DNA of 32,000 bases from Promethearchaeota archaeon (GTDB lineage Archaea > Asgardarchaeota > Hermodarchaeia > Hermodarchaeales > Hermodarchaeaceae), in NCBI GenBank assembly GCA_048938295.1, contig JBHLMI010000001.1:157369-189368 (forward strand). Direction: 5' to 3'. Below the pieces are notes generated by a model. That model did not search any database. It was not told the origin of the DNA and saw nothing but the letters and a program-made list of their open reading frames with translations. Position 1 is the stretch's first letter; each line of letters begins with the position of its first letter. A program made the translations under genes and the position numbers. This document shows positions 8,395 to 17,033 of the stretch, one piece after another.

Positions 8395-9504
8395 GTGGTA
8401 CCTGTGAAAATCACTATCACCGTAATTAAAGCCGATATTGGTAGTATTGGTGGTCACATCAGAACCTGTGATGTGACAACTGATGTCATCTGTCAAAGTA
8501 TCGACGAAGCCCATCAATCCGGGCTCATCATTGACTACAAAATCTGGAATGCAGGTGATGATAGCGAGATCCTGATGACCCACACCCGTGGAGTTGACGA
8601 CGAAGAAATCCACAAAACCGCATTCGATGCCCTCATGAAAGGAGCACAAGATGCGAAGGAACGTGGACTTTACGGAGCCGGACAGGACATCCTGAAGGAA
8701 GCCTTCAGTGGCAATGTCCGCGGAATGGGCCCCGGCGTCGCAGAAATGGAATTTGAAGAACGCCCCGCTGAACCTTTTGTAGTTTTTACAGCGGATAAAA
8801 CCGCCCCAGGTGCCTTCAACTATCCAATCTACCGTGTCTTCGGGGATCCTTTCAACACAGCCGGACTCATTATCGACCCAAAGATGCATGATGGATTCAT
8901 CTTTGAAGTCTTCGACATCAAAAACAACAAAATGGTAAAACTCGAAACCCCAGCTGAAACCTACGATCTCCTAGCCCTAATTGGGTCAACAGAAGACTAT
9001 GTTATCAAACGCGTCTATTCAAAGGACGAAAAACGGGGTATTGGGGCAGTCATATCCACTGAGAAACTATACGCAATTGCAGGAAAATACATTGGAAAAG
9101 ATGATCCTGCTGCCATTGTGCGAGCTCAAAGTGGATTTCCTGCAACGGGCGAAGTTCTCGAAGGCTTCGCACTTGGCCATCTCGTAACCGGATGGATGCG
9201 CGGAAGCCACAACGGACCACTAATGCCTGTTCCTCTCTATCACTCACAATGCACACGGTTTGACGGCCCTCCACGCATCACCGGATTAGCCTTTAGCATG
9301 AAAGAAGGGAAGCTGACTGAACCTATAGATGTCTTCGATGACCCTGCCTGGGATTTGACACGAGACCAGTGCATGTATGTTGCAGATTATCTACGACGTC
9401 ACGGACCCTTCGAACCTCATCGTCTGCCTCCAACATCCATGGAATACACCACGCTTCCTGATGTCTTAAACAAACTCAAAGGTCGATTCAAGTCTGTCAA
9501 ATAA
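8395..9504 (+). CDS. fbp: Bifunctional fructose-1,6-bisphosphate aldolase/phosphatase (class V FBPase)
   Basis: KADIGSIGGH, GDDSEILMTH, GLYGAGQD, NVRGMGPG, Schiff-base YIGKDDP and MRGSHNGPL motifs. The true start may be GTG 8404. Confidence 0.97.
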   Translation: MVPVKITITVIKADIGSIGGHIRTCDVTTDVICQSIDEAHQSGLIIDYKIWNAGDDSEILMTHTRGVDDEEIHKTAFDALMKGAQDAKERGLYGAGQDILKEAFSGNVRGMGPGVAEMEFEERPAEPFVVFTADKTAPGAFNYPIYRVFGDPFNTAGLIIDPKMHDGFIFEVFDIKNNKMVKLETPAETYDLLALIGSTEDYVIKRVYSKDEKRGIGAVISTEKLYAIAGKYIGKDDPAAIVRAQSGFPATGEVLEGFALGHLVTGWMRGSHNGPLMPVPLYHSQCTRFDGPPRITGLAFSMKEGKLTEPIDVFDDPAWDLTRDQCMYVADYLRRHGPFEPHRLPPTSMEYTTLPDVLNKLKGRFKSVK

Positions 9505-9532
9505 GCACACATGTTCTTATTTGATCTACAAC

Positions 9533-9566
9533 TGACGAAACTACCTATACGGGTAGAAAATCGTCA
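9533..9566. terminator. Stem-loop between convergent fbp and tRNA-Arg
   Basis: TGACGA/TCGTCA plus CTACC/GGTAG stems with a 6-nt loop. A terminator or 3'-end role is inferred from position only. Confidence 0.35.
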
Positions 9567-9676
9567 CAAATACACTCCTCCCTATACTTAGGAATGAGTA
9601 AACTAAGACTTGAAGGCTATCCGGCAATAATAAGTCGCCACATTCGATACTCATCACGGTATAAGATAAAAGGGAC

Positions 9677-9752
9677 TGGCGGGCCCGCAGGGATTTGAAC
9701 CCCGGATCTACAGGTCCGAAGCCTGTCGCCGTATCCACTTGGCCACGGGCCC
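9677..9752 (-). tRNA. tRNA-Arg(UCG), intronless, CCA encoded
   Basis: Minus strand reads GGGCCCG TG GCCAAGTGGATACGGC G ACAGG CT-TCG-GA CCTGT AGATC CGGGG TTCAAAT CCCTG CGGGCCC G CCA: full cloverleaf with the A20 Arg identity element. Confidence 0.98.
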
Positions 9753-9783
9753 CCAATAGATTTAGGCGAGTTACGGCGCGACC

Positions 9784-9800
9784 TATTTTAATCATTTCGT
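9784..9800 (-). promoter_or_regulatory. BRE/TATA-like promoter of tRNA-Arg (may also serve argS)
   Basis: Minus strand reads ACGAAATGATTAAAATA, with TTAAAATA 32-39 nt upstream of the mature tRNA 5' end. Confidence 0.55.
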
Positions 9801-9885
9801 TCTTTTTTTTGGAAGGTTGCTTTTCCCAGGATACGACGAAAGAGAAAAAAGGCTGGCTCCGCGTACTCTCAGTAGGATTCGGATA

Positions 9886-11757
9886 ATGGTGAAAGTTGAA
9901 AATCCTTGGGCAGAATTCAAGAAACAGGTCATTAAAGTGTTACACCTAGCCAGTGGACAAGATCTCAGTAGGTTCCTCGAAATACCCGGAGACCCACAAC
10001 ACGGAGATTTAGCCTGTACCGCGGCTTTCCACTTGGCTCAGCAGCTTAAAAAGAGCCCAGCAGAAATCGCCAAGGAACTAGCGTTCTTCGATCCTATCCA
10101 ATTTCCACTCATTGAGCAAGTCGTTGCTCAGGGACCATATGTGAACTTTTACATCAATGTCATTCCTTATCGCCGAATGGTCGTCGAAGCGATCCAGGCT
10201 GACGGGCCCTCGTATGGCAAAACAAAGCAGTTCGCAGGAAAGCATGTCGTTGTGGAATATCCGGCGGTGAATCCAAACAACCCCTTACATATCGGACATG
10301 CCCGAAACGCCGTCCTTGGTGACACAGTTGCCCGACTTATGCAAACCGTCGGTTATGATGTCACTCGAATGGATTACATTAATGATCTCGGACTCCAAAT
10401 CGCTGTTGCCTTTTGGGCGCGAAAACATCTAGCCTCGTCAGAGTATAAAGGGAAATATGACCAGGTGATTGGTCGCCTTTATGTGGATGCCCAAGACCAA
10501 TACGACGAGGCACAGGTTCGCCAATACTTGAAGCTCATGGAAGAAGGGTACAATGAAGTGGCTTCAGAAGCCCGGAAAATGTCGGAACGGGTGCTACGCG
10601 CGCATCATAAAACTCATGATCGGCTTAATGTCTACCATGATCTATTAGTATGGGAAAGTGATATTGCGCATTCTGGTTTATTTGCCAAGGGGCTGGAGAA
10701 AATCATGGAAGCGCCTACGGCATCCCGCCCCACGGAGGGGGAAAAAGCGGGGTGTGTAATTGTGGACCTTAGCACTTATGATGAGTTCAAGGAATTGAAG
10801 GATACCGAAAAGGTCTTGGTCCGTTCTGATGGAGTCGCCACCTATACAGGAAAGGACATAGTATTTCATTTTTGGAAATTTGGCATTATCCCAGATCCCT
10901 TCAATTACCAATCATTCAAAAGTCCGAAAGCCCGTGAAAATAAGATTTGGACCACTAATCAACAAGGCGAGGGGGGTCACTATCGCCCTGCCGATGTGAT
11001 CTACAATGTAATTGGCATGCCTCAAAGCCAAGAGCAACGTACTGTCTACCTCACCCTGGATACTCTCGGTTATAAGAAGGAGTCCGCTAACTACTACCAT
11101 CTAGCCTATGAGCTCGTAACGCTTCCAGATGCCCGAATCTCCGGAAGGAAGGGGACCTGGATAGGTCAAAGCACCGACGACATCCTTCGGGAAGCCACAC
11201 GCCGAGCCCGAAAAGAAGTTAAGAAACGCAACCCCGAAGCGGATACCCGCTTCCTCCGCCAAGTAGCCGAAGCTGTTGGATCCGCCGCCATTCGATATGC
11301 GCTGCTCAAAGTTGCGGTTGAAAAGCAAATCGTGTTCATATGGGAAGATATGCTCAACTTCGATGGCAACGCGGCTCCCTACCTGATGTACACCCACGCC
11401 CGTGCTAGCTCCATCCTCAATAAGGAAGCTGCCCCGAAAACAGCGCGGCTCAGCAGTTTAACCGACCCCTTTGAAACTGAACTCATTAAGCTTCTCGGTC
11501 GATTCCCGGCCCTCATCCTTGAAATCGTAGAGGGAATCCGCCGCGAAGTTTGGGGAACCCGTATCGAACTCTTCCATCTTGCTGAGTACACCTATGCCCT
11601 CTCCGTCGCCTTTAACGCCTTCTACAATCACTGCCCAGTCCTCAAAGCCAAAACTTCCGGGCTCAAGAATGCTCGACTCCTTCTCGTTGACCTCTGCCGT
11701 CAAGTCCTTTCTAACGCTCTCGAGCTGCTGGGAATTACACCACTGGAACGTATATAG
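9886..11757 (+). CDS. argS: Arginine--tRNA ligase
   Basis: VVVEYPAVNPNNPLHIGH (HIGH), RSDGVATY, ISGRKG (KMSKS-like) and FDGNAAPYLMYTHAR anticodon-domain motifs. ATG 9886 is preferred to TTG 9817. Confidence 0.97.
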   Translation: MVKVENPWAEFKKQVIKVLHLASGQDLSRFLEIPGDPQHGDLACTAAFHLAQQLKKSPAEIAKELAFFDPIQFPLIEQVVAQGPYVNFYINVIPYRRMVVEAIQADGPSYGKTKQFAGKHVVVEYPAVNPNNPLHIGHARNAVLGDTVARLMQTVGYDVTRMDYINDLGLQIAVAFWARKHLASSEYKGKYDQVIGRLYVDAQDQYDEAQVRQYLKLMEEGYNEVASEARKMSERVLRAHHKTHDRLNVYHDLLVWESDIAHSGLFAKGLEKIMEAPTASRPTEGEKAGCVIVDLSTYDEFKELKDTEKVLVRSDGVATYTGKDIVFHFWKFGIIPDPFNYQSFKSPKARENKIWTTNQQGEGGHYRPADVIYNVIGMPQSQEQRTVYLTLDTLGYKKESANYYHLAYELVTLPDARISGRKGTWIGQSTDDILREATRRARKEVKKRNPEADTRFLRQVAEAVGSAAIRYALLKVAVEKQIVFIWEDMLNFDGNAAPYLMYTHARASSILNKEAAPKTARLSSLTDPFETELIKLLGRFPALILEIVEGIRREVWGTRIELFHLAEYTYALSVAFNAFYNHCPVLKAKTSGLKNARLLLVDLCRQVLSNALELLGITPLERI

Positions 11758-11869
11758 ATGTTCATCATGGTTAACTAGTCTTATATCACAAGAGATTTAT
11801 ATTACTATATGACTTAACTTTCTCAATAAACGAGAATACTTGACTCGGTATTTACAGGAGTGATTCATT

Positions 11870-12811
11870 TTGGAAGTTGTATATCGTCTTTGGGCACCCA
11901 ACCAAGGGCTCGAAGAAATCCAAGCCCAAATCTATACTGAGGCATCTGGGCTTCCCGCACGGGCTGAAGAAATTCGAATTCGTAATATGGCTCGGGATCC
12001 TAAAATGACCAGGTATGCGTTGACTGAAGCTGGTGAACCCTTAGCCTATATCACCTCACGGGCTTCTAGTTCAGAAAGGGGAAGGATGTATATTGGCTAC
12101 CCGTGGGCCATGCCGGGGACCCCGACTGAAGTCCAAGAGAAGCTCTTTGATGAGGTGTTTACATACCTGAAGAAGCAACAAAGGACAGAGGAAATCGCCA
12201 CAACCGTTGTTTACACCGCCAAAATAGCTGCTAAGCAGTTAGCTTTTTGGGAGGAGAAAGGATTCGTTGAGGATGAAAGGATCTATCGGTATGTTCTTGA
12301 TTTTAATTTCAAGGAAATCAGTAAATGGAAGTTACCTGACAAACTCATGAGCTTTACCAGTCGTGTTGCAACCAAGAAGGATTTGAAATACCTGTATGAG
12401 GTTTCACAGGCTGATCCTGGGCTTGCCGAAGAGTTTGCCAACGAAGAAGCCCGGGAGAACTACTTCAAAGGGCGAGTAATGAAAGATGGCCACGCCGTCC
12501 TCCTCTTCGATGAAGACAAAGTTATTGCTGCCAGCGCACCACTCAAAATAGAACCGGATCAGCGGTTCCTCTTTGGAGATGAACCACGGGTGTTGATGCG
12601 GTTCACAGCAATCCGAGCCGGATACCAACATGTATGGAAACGATTGGTCTATGAGCTCGCGAAACAAGTCGAAGTAGCTGGTTGGAGCGATACACCATTA
12701 CGAACGAACTTCTATTTCAGAACTGATTCACCCCTCGCAATGAACTTCGCAAAAATGCAACCTGAACTGGAGATGTTCGAAGTAATACTCAAAAAGTCAT
12801 TAACCACTTGA
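11870..12811 (+). CDS. Hypothetical protein, probable tandem GNAT-like fold
   Basis: Intact 313-aa ORF with GGAGTGA upstream of TTG. Two similarly built halves, including FWEEKGF (recalls the GNAT motif-B end) and YRYVLDF. Fold is inferred. Confidence 0.55.
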   Translation: MEVVYRLWAPNQGLEEIQAQIYTEASGLPARAEEIRIRNMARDPKMTRYALTEAGEPLAYITSRASSSERGRMYIGYPWAMPGTPTEVQEKLFDEVFTYLKKQQRTEEIATTVVYTAKIAAKQLAFWEEKGFVEDERIYRYVLDFNFKEISKWKLPDKLMSFTSRVATKKDLKYLYEVSQADPGLAEEFANEEARENYFKGRVMKDGHAVLLFDEDKVIAASAPLKIEPDQRFLFGDEPRVLMRFTAIRAGYQHVWKRLVYELAKQVEVAGWSDTPLRTNFYFRTDSPLAMNFAKMQPELEMFEVILKKSLTT

Positions 12812-12830
12812 ACGAAACGAGCTGCTTACA

Positions 12831-13664
12831 GTGAAACCAACTGTAGCCATTGTAAACACTGACTCTCTCCCCCAAGCCATCGAAACCATAGGAGGGTTGA
12901 ATGGGCTTAATACTCCTGATCGGAAGGTCGTTGTCAAAGTAGGTATCTATAACCCAAAGACAGGGATTTGTTCTACGATAAAAACGGTGAATGCTATCAT
13001 CACCACATTTGACCAAGCTTCAGAGATTCTAATCGTAGAATCCGATACCGGAGCTGGTCCAGGACTGAAACGCTTAGAGGTCTGGAAAGACTGTTACAAC
13101 GATAGAGCTACTCCCTTCAATCTCTCAACAGACGAACACACTCAATTGGTCGAAGTAGCAGGCGAACAGATACCCTTCGCTCAGACACTCTTAGATCCTA
13201 AGACGTTTATCAGTACACATGTGCCGCGTCGGTATGAAGAAGCCGGACTTGAGGATCTAATGAATCAGGGGTTTGTGATCAAGAACCTATTAGGGCTAGT
13301 TTTGGATACGAACAAGCACCGCTTCCATGATCAATTGGCTACTGCCCTCATCGATATGTATGAAGCTGCTGGCGGCATTGATCTAGCGGTATTAGATGCC
13401 ACACACGTTTTTCTTGGTTGGAAGAAAAAACGCTTCACCGTATCACCCGAACTGCTAATCGTTGGAAAAGATGCCTTTGCAGTGGAAGCCATCGGCATGC
13501 ACCTTTTAGGATTTGATCCAGCAAAAATGCCAGTCTTACAAGAAGCTCAAGCCCGAGGACTCGGTGAAATCAATGTTGACCAAATTAACATCGTCGGAGA
13601 CATTGAAGGTCCCAAACAGCTGATCAGTCATGCCTTTAGTAAGCTAGTGCCCAGGTCTGTCTAA
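12831..13664 (+). CDS. DUF362-domain protein
   Basis: VVVKVG, ILIVESD, VLDATH and DAFAVEAIGMHLLGFDP, with C-terminal A.ARGLGE.NVDQINIVG, are typical of DUF362. Confidence 0.7.
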   Translation: MKPTVAIVNTDSLPQAIETIGGLNGLNTPDRKVVVKVGIYNPKTGICSTIKTVNAIITTFDQASEILIVESDTGAGPGLKRLEVWKDCYNDRATPFNLSTDEHTQLVEVAGEQIPFAQTLLDPKTFISTHVPRRYEEAGLEDLMNQGFVIKNLLGLVLDTNKHRFHDQLATALIDMYEAAGGIDLAVLDATHVFLGWKKKRFTVSPELLIVGKDAFAVEAIGMHLLGFDPAKMPVLQEAQARGLGEINVDQINIVGDIEGPKQLISHAFSKLVPRSV

Positions 13665-13692
13665 AATACAAGACGTAGCGTACTAGCTCCTA

Positions 13693-14256
13693 CTATTGCT
13701 CTTTACTCAGATCCTTCAGCTTCTCGGCGAACCCTTTTTCTAGTTTTGATAACTTGGGCGGAATCACTACACGAGCATACGCTTGGTTGGGGTTCCGGGT
13801 AAAGAAATTCTGATGATACTCTTCAGCTTTATAAAAGGCTATAAATGGCTCCACTGTCGTGACAATAGGCTTGGAATATTTGTCCGACTTATTCAATTCT
13901 TTAATCAGGTCTTGCGCGACCTTCTTCTGCTGCTCATCATGATAAAACACCACAGAGCGATACTGGGTACCGACATCATTGCCCTGTCGATTCAATGTCG
14001 TGGGATCATGAGTGGCAAAGAAGATTTCGAGCAATTCTCGAAATCTTATCATGGTCGGATTGTAAGTAATTTGGATTACCTCAACGTGTCCCGTTCGGCC
14101 TGTACTCACCTGGTTATATGTGGCGGTTTCTGCACTGCCTCCCGAATATCCGGACTCGACCTTCTTAACACCTTTCAAGCGAAGGAATACGGCTTCGGTG
14201 CACCAGAAGCAGCCGCCACCCAAAGTGGCAAACGCTAATTCTTCACTCATTTTCAT
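13693..14256 (-). CDS. msrA: Peptide-methionine (S)-S-oxide reductase
   Basis: GGGCFWC active site, TGHVEVIQ, HDPTTLNRQGNDVGTQYRS and AEEYHQ; AAGGTGAG upstream. Confidence 0.97.
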   Translation of the reverse strand: MKMSEELAFATLGGGCFWCTEAVFLRLKGVKKVESGYSGGSAETATYNQVSTGRTGHVEVIQITYNPTMIRFRELLEIFFATHDPTTLNRQGNDVGTQYRSVVFYHDEQQKKVAQDLIKELNKSDKYSKPIVTTVEPFIAFYKAEEYHQNFFTRNPNQAYARVVIPPKLSKLEKGFAEKLKDLSKEQ

Positions 14257-14483
14257 CTCACCTTTATCGGCTCATTTGCCTGCATTCCTCAAAAATCCAA
14301 TGAATTAACGAGAGCAGATTCAGCACATGACAGGTGGTCTAAAGATATTAAACAAAAATCCCATTCTCTGGTTTTGCGTGATTTTTCTATGTCCCCTTCT
14401 ATTCCCAATTTCAATCCTCCCCAACGTGAGGCACAAGTGGGAAGTCCGTGGCTTACACTCCGGGGTCTCCGCATTATACGAGG

Positions 14484-15806
14484 CTAATGTTTTTTGGGAA
14501 AATCTTTGAAGACATCCTCCAGAGTGGGTTTGCCAATTTCCTGGAGTTCATACTTCACACGTACTGACGGCTTCTTGATTTTAACCACCCGGCCCAAATC
14601 AATAGGAGTGCCTACCACAACCACTTCTGCATCAACCGCATTGATGGTTTCTTCAAGTTCTTTGATCTGCTCATCTCCATAACCCATGGCCGGAAGAATA
14701 TCACTCAAATGGCTGTATTTCTCAAAGGTGTCCTTTATCGACCCAACCGCATAGGGTCGTGGATCAATGATTTCCGCCGCACCATACTTTTCAGCCGCAA
14801 CCCAACCGGCACCGATATCCATTTCACCATGAGTCAGTGTCGGACCATCCTCAATAACCAAGACGCGTTTTCCGCGAATCGCATCAGGATTATCAACAAA
14901 AAGAGGTGAGGCAGCATCGATGATAATGGCACGAGGATTCACAACCCTGATGGTTCGTCGGACCTGGTCAATGCACTCCGGTTCTGCCGAGTCAATCTTG
15001 TTGATAATAACCACATCTGCCATTCGCAGGTTAGTCTCGCCAGGGTGATACGTAACCTCATGGCCGGCTCGGAGGGGATCAGCAATCACAATATGGATAT
15101 CAGGCTGATAGAAGGGAAAGTCATTGTTTCCGCCATCGAAGACAATGACATCGGCTTCTTTTTCGGCTTCTTCGAGGATTTTACTATAATCAACGCCAGC
15201 ATACACGATGGCGCCCCGGTCAATATGCGGCTCATATTCTTCCATTTCTTCAATAGTGGTCTTATACTTCTTGAGATCTGCAATAGTCTCAAACCGCTGG
15301 CACACCTGTTCCGTTAAATCACCATAAGGCATTGGATGCCGAATCACAACCACTTTCAAACCCTTGTTTCGGAGAATTTCTACAACACGGCGACTTGTTT
15401 GGCTCTTCCCAGAACCAGTACGGACGGCGCAGATCGCCACTACTGGCTTTTTACTTTTCAGCATCGTTGTAGCTGGTCCCATCAACCGAAAGTCGGCACC
15501 CATCGAATGCACCCAAGACGCTAAGTGCATCACGTCCAGGTGTGCAATATCACTGTAGGCGAAAATGACTTGTTCAACGTTATGCTCTTTGACAAGGGCA
15601 GGGAGTATCTCTTCTGCATGAATCGGAATGCCCTTCGGATAAAGCTTACCCGCAAGTACCGATGGATAGATGCGTTTTTCAATACCAGGGATTTGCGTAG
15701 CAGTAAAGGCAACGACCTCATATTTCTCGTTATCTCGGAAATAGACGTTGAAATTATGGAAATCGCGTCCTGCTGCACCCATAATGATTACGCGCGTACG
15801 AGCCAT
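14484..15806 (-). CDS. COG2403 P-loop protein (often annotated cDPG synthetase/GTPase); probably the ArcE-type arginine synthetase clade
   Basis: RVIIMGAAGRDFHNFN, TATQIP, AVRTGSGKSQT, RHPMPYGDL, TIEE.EEYEP, DGGNNDFP and EDGPTLTHG. Family call is confident; the functional call is inference. Confidence 0.85.
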   Translation of the reverse strand: MARTRVIIMGAAGRDFHNFNVYFRDNEKYEVVAFTATQIPGIEKRIYPSVLAGKLYPKGIPIHAEEILPALVKEHNVEQVIFAYSDIAHLDVMHLASWVHSMGADFRLMGPATTMLKSKKPVVAICAVRTGSGKSQTSRRVVEILRNKGLKVVVIRHPMPYGDLTEQVCQRFETIADLKKYKTTIEEMEEYEPHIDRGAIVYAGVDYSKILEEAEKEADVIVFDGGNNDFPFYQPDIHIVIADPLRAGHEVTYHPGETNLRMADVVIINKIDSAEPECIDQVRRTIRVVNPRAIIIDAASPLFVDNPDAIRGKRVLVIEDGPTLTHGEMDIGAGWVAAEKYGAAEIIDPRPYAVGSIKDTFEKYSHLSDILPAMGYGDEQIKELEETINAVDAEVVVVGTPIDLGRVVKIKKPSVRVKYELQEIGKPTLEDVFKDFPKKH

Positions 15807-15994
15807 ACTCAATCACATCCACTTATCCGCACGAAAGCAATTGGTGAGTAAAAGCCTTGTGTTTCGTCAGAAAACATTAAATTCGTGGAATGACTCCCCG
15901 TTGCGAGCTCCCCAAGGTCTGTAGAACCTCAAAAGCCAACCGCAAAGGATTAAAAGGCACCGTTTATCTGCTACATCATACAGGAGGTATTTCC

Positions 15995-16078
15995 ATGCGG
16001 GGAAAAACTGGAAAAGGTATCCTCCTTTTGGGGCTACGGTTATTTAAAATCCTCTTAACGCCCTTCCTTCGAAGGTAG
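15995..16078 (+). CDS. Candidate 27-aa cationic amphipathic small protein (MRGKTGKGILLLGLRLFKILLTPFLRR)
   Basis: AGGAGG at 15982-15987, 7 nt before the ATG; BRE/TATA-like CGCAAAGGATTAAAAG at 15941-15956. No homology evidence. Confidence 0.3.
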   Translation: MRGKTGKGILLLGLRLFKILLTPFLRR

Positions 16079-16210
16079 CGGCGGGGATGCTTCTTACACG
16101 TGGGGGTGAAGTTATTTTTTCCTCTAGGGACTTCACTCCTGTGGATTTTCTTCTGAAACGTTTATCATCTTGAAAGCTATGGATCTGGAGCTTCTATATT
16201 GATGACAAAG

Positions 16211-16260
16211 ACAAACTTTTATAACTCCAAGCTGTGAACGTGCTTCTACCAGAGGTAGAA
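16211..16260 (+). promoter_or_regulatory. psmA promoter (TTTTATAA 16217-16224) followed by inverted repeat TTCTACC-AGA-GGTAGAA (16244-16260)
   Basis: Canonical TATA with purine-rich BRE about 45 nt before the ATG. A perfect 7-bp stem covers the expected TSS and the GAGGT SD. Confidence 0.55.
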
Positions 16261-16265
16261 CTGCA

Positions 16266-16976
16266 ATGATGGAAAGAAGTCTAGCCTATGACCGTGCGAT
16301 TACAATTTTCAGTCCCGAAGGCCGCCTATATCAGGTTGAATATGCGTTAGAAGCGGTCCGTCGAGGCAAAACCGCGATTGGCGTTAAAGCAGCAAACGGT
16401 GCCGTAATCGGCGTCCACAAAGAAGCCACTTCTCCCCTAATGGATTTGGAACAAATCCAAAAAATCTACGTGGTAGACAAACACATTGGCTGCGCAATCG
16501 CTGGACTCCACGCTGATGCTCGTGTCCTCGTTGACTATGCCCGTGTCCAAAGCCAGATCAACCAAATCACCTATGGAGAACCCATCGATGTTGAGGTGCT
16601 AACCAAGAAGGTCTGCGACCTGAAACAAAATTACACGCAAGTTGGTGGAATTCGTCCCTTTGGTGTCTCTCTCTTGATTGCTGGAGTAGATTCACAGGGT
16701 CCACAAATTTTCACCACCGACCCCTCTGGTTCCTACTGGAGTTGGCGAGCCACAGCGATCGGATACAACTCAGAAGCAGCGCGAGAATATTTAGCAAAGC
16801 ATTATAAACCCGCAATTAAGCTGATGCCTGCAGCGGTGAAACTATGCATTGATACCCTTCGACAGGTTGTTGAAGAGAAACTCGACGAGGAAGCTATGGA
16901 AATCTCCATCGTCGATACTGAGAAACGCGTCTTCACCCAACTTAGCAATGAGGAAATTCGCAATCTTCTGGGATAG
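16266..16976 (+). CDS. psmA: Proteasome subunit alpha
   Basis: YDRAITIFSPEGRLYQVEYA N-terminal signature, AGLHADARVL, GGIRPFGVSLL and DPSGSY. Confidence 0.98.
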   Translation: MMERSLAYDRAITIFSPEGRLYQVEYALEAVRRGKTAIGVKAANGAVIGVHKEATSPLMDLEQIQKIYVVDKHIGCAIAGLHADARVLVDYARVQSQINQITYGEPIDVEVLTKKVCDLKQNYTQVGGIRPFGVSLLIAGVDSQGPQIFTTDPSGSYWSWRATAIGYNSEAAREYLAKHYKPAIKLMPAAVKLCIDTLRQVVEEKLDEEAMEISIVDTEKRVFTQLSNEEIRNLLG

Positions 16977-17033
16977 CTTGTGAAATCCCTGCAAATTCTT
17001 TCTAAAAAGGTCTCAAGAGTAGATTAGAGGGGA

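Noticed and set aside
8350-8889. 179-aa antisense ORF over fbp
   Set aside because: Shadow of a highly conserved gene; no motifs.
9541-9886. 84-aa and 63-aa ORFs overlapping the tRNA
   Set aside because: The sequence is fully explained by the tRNA cloverleaf and its promoter.
14484-15806. Call as cyclic 2,3-diphosphoglycerate synthetase (cpgS)
   Set aside because: It has the GAAGRDFHNFN N-terminus rather than the DGEHY type recalled for methanogen CpgS, so no symbol was assigned.
15813-16265. RNase P or SRP RNA in the 450-nt intergenic region (minus strand has GAGGAA and AACACAAGGCTT)
   Set aside because: The P4 halves do not pair, the SRP helix-8 motif is absent, and the region is too AT-rich.
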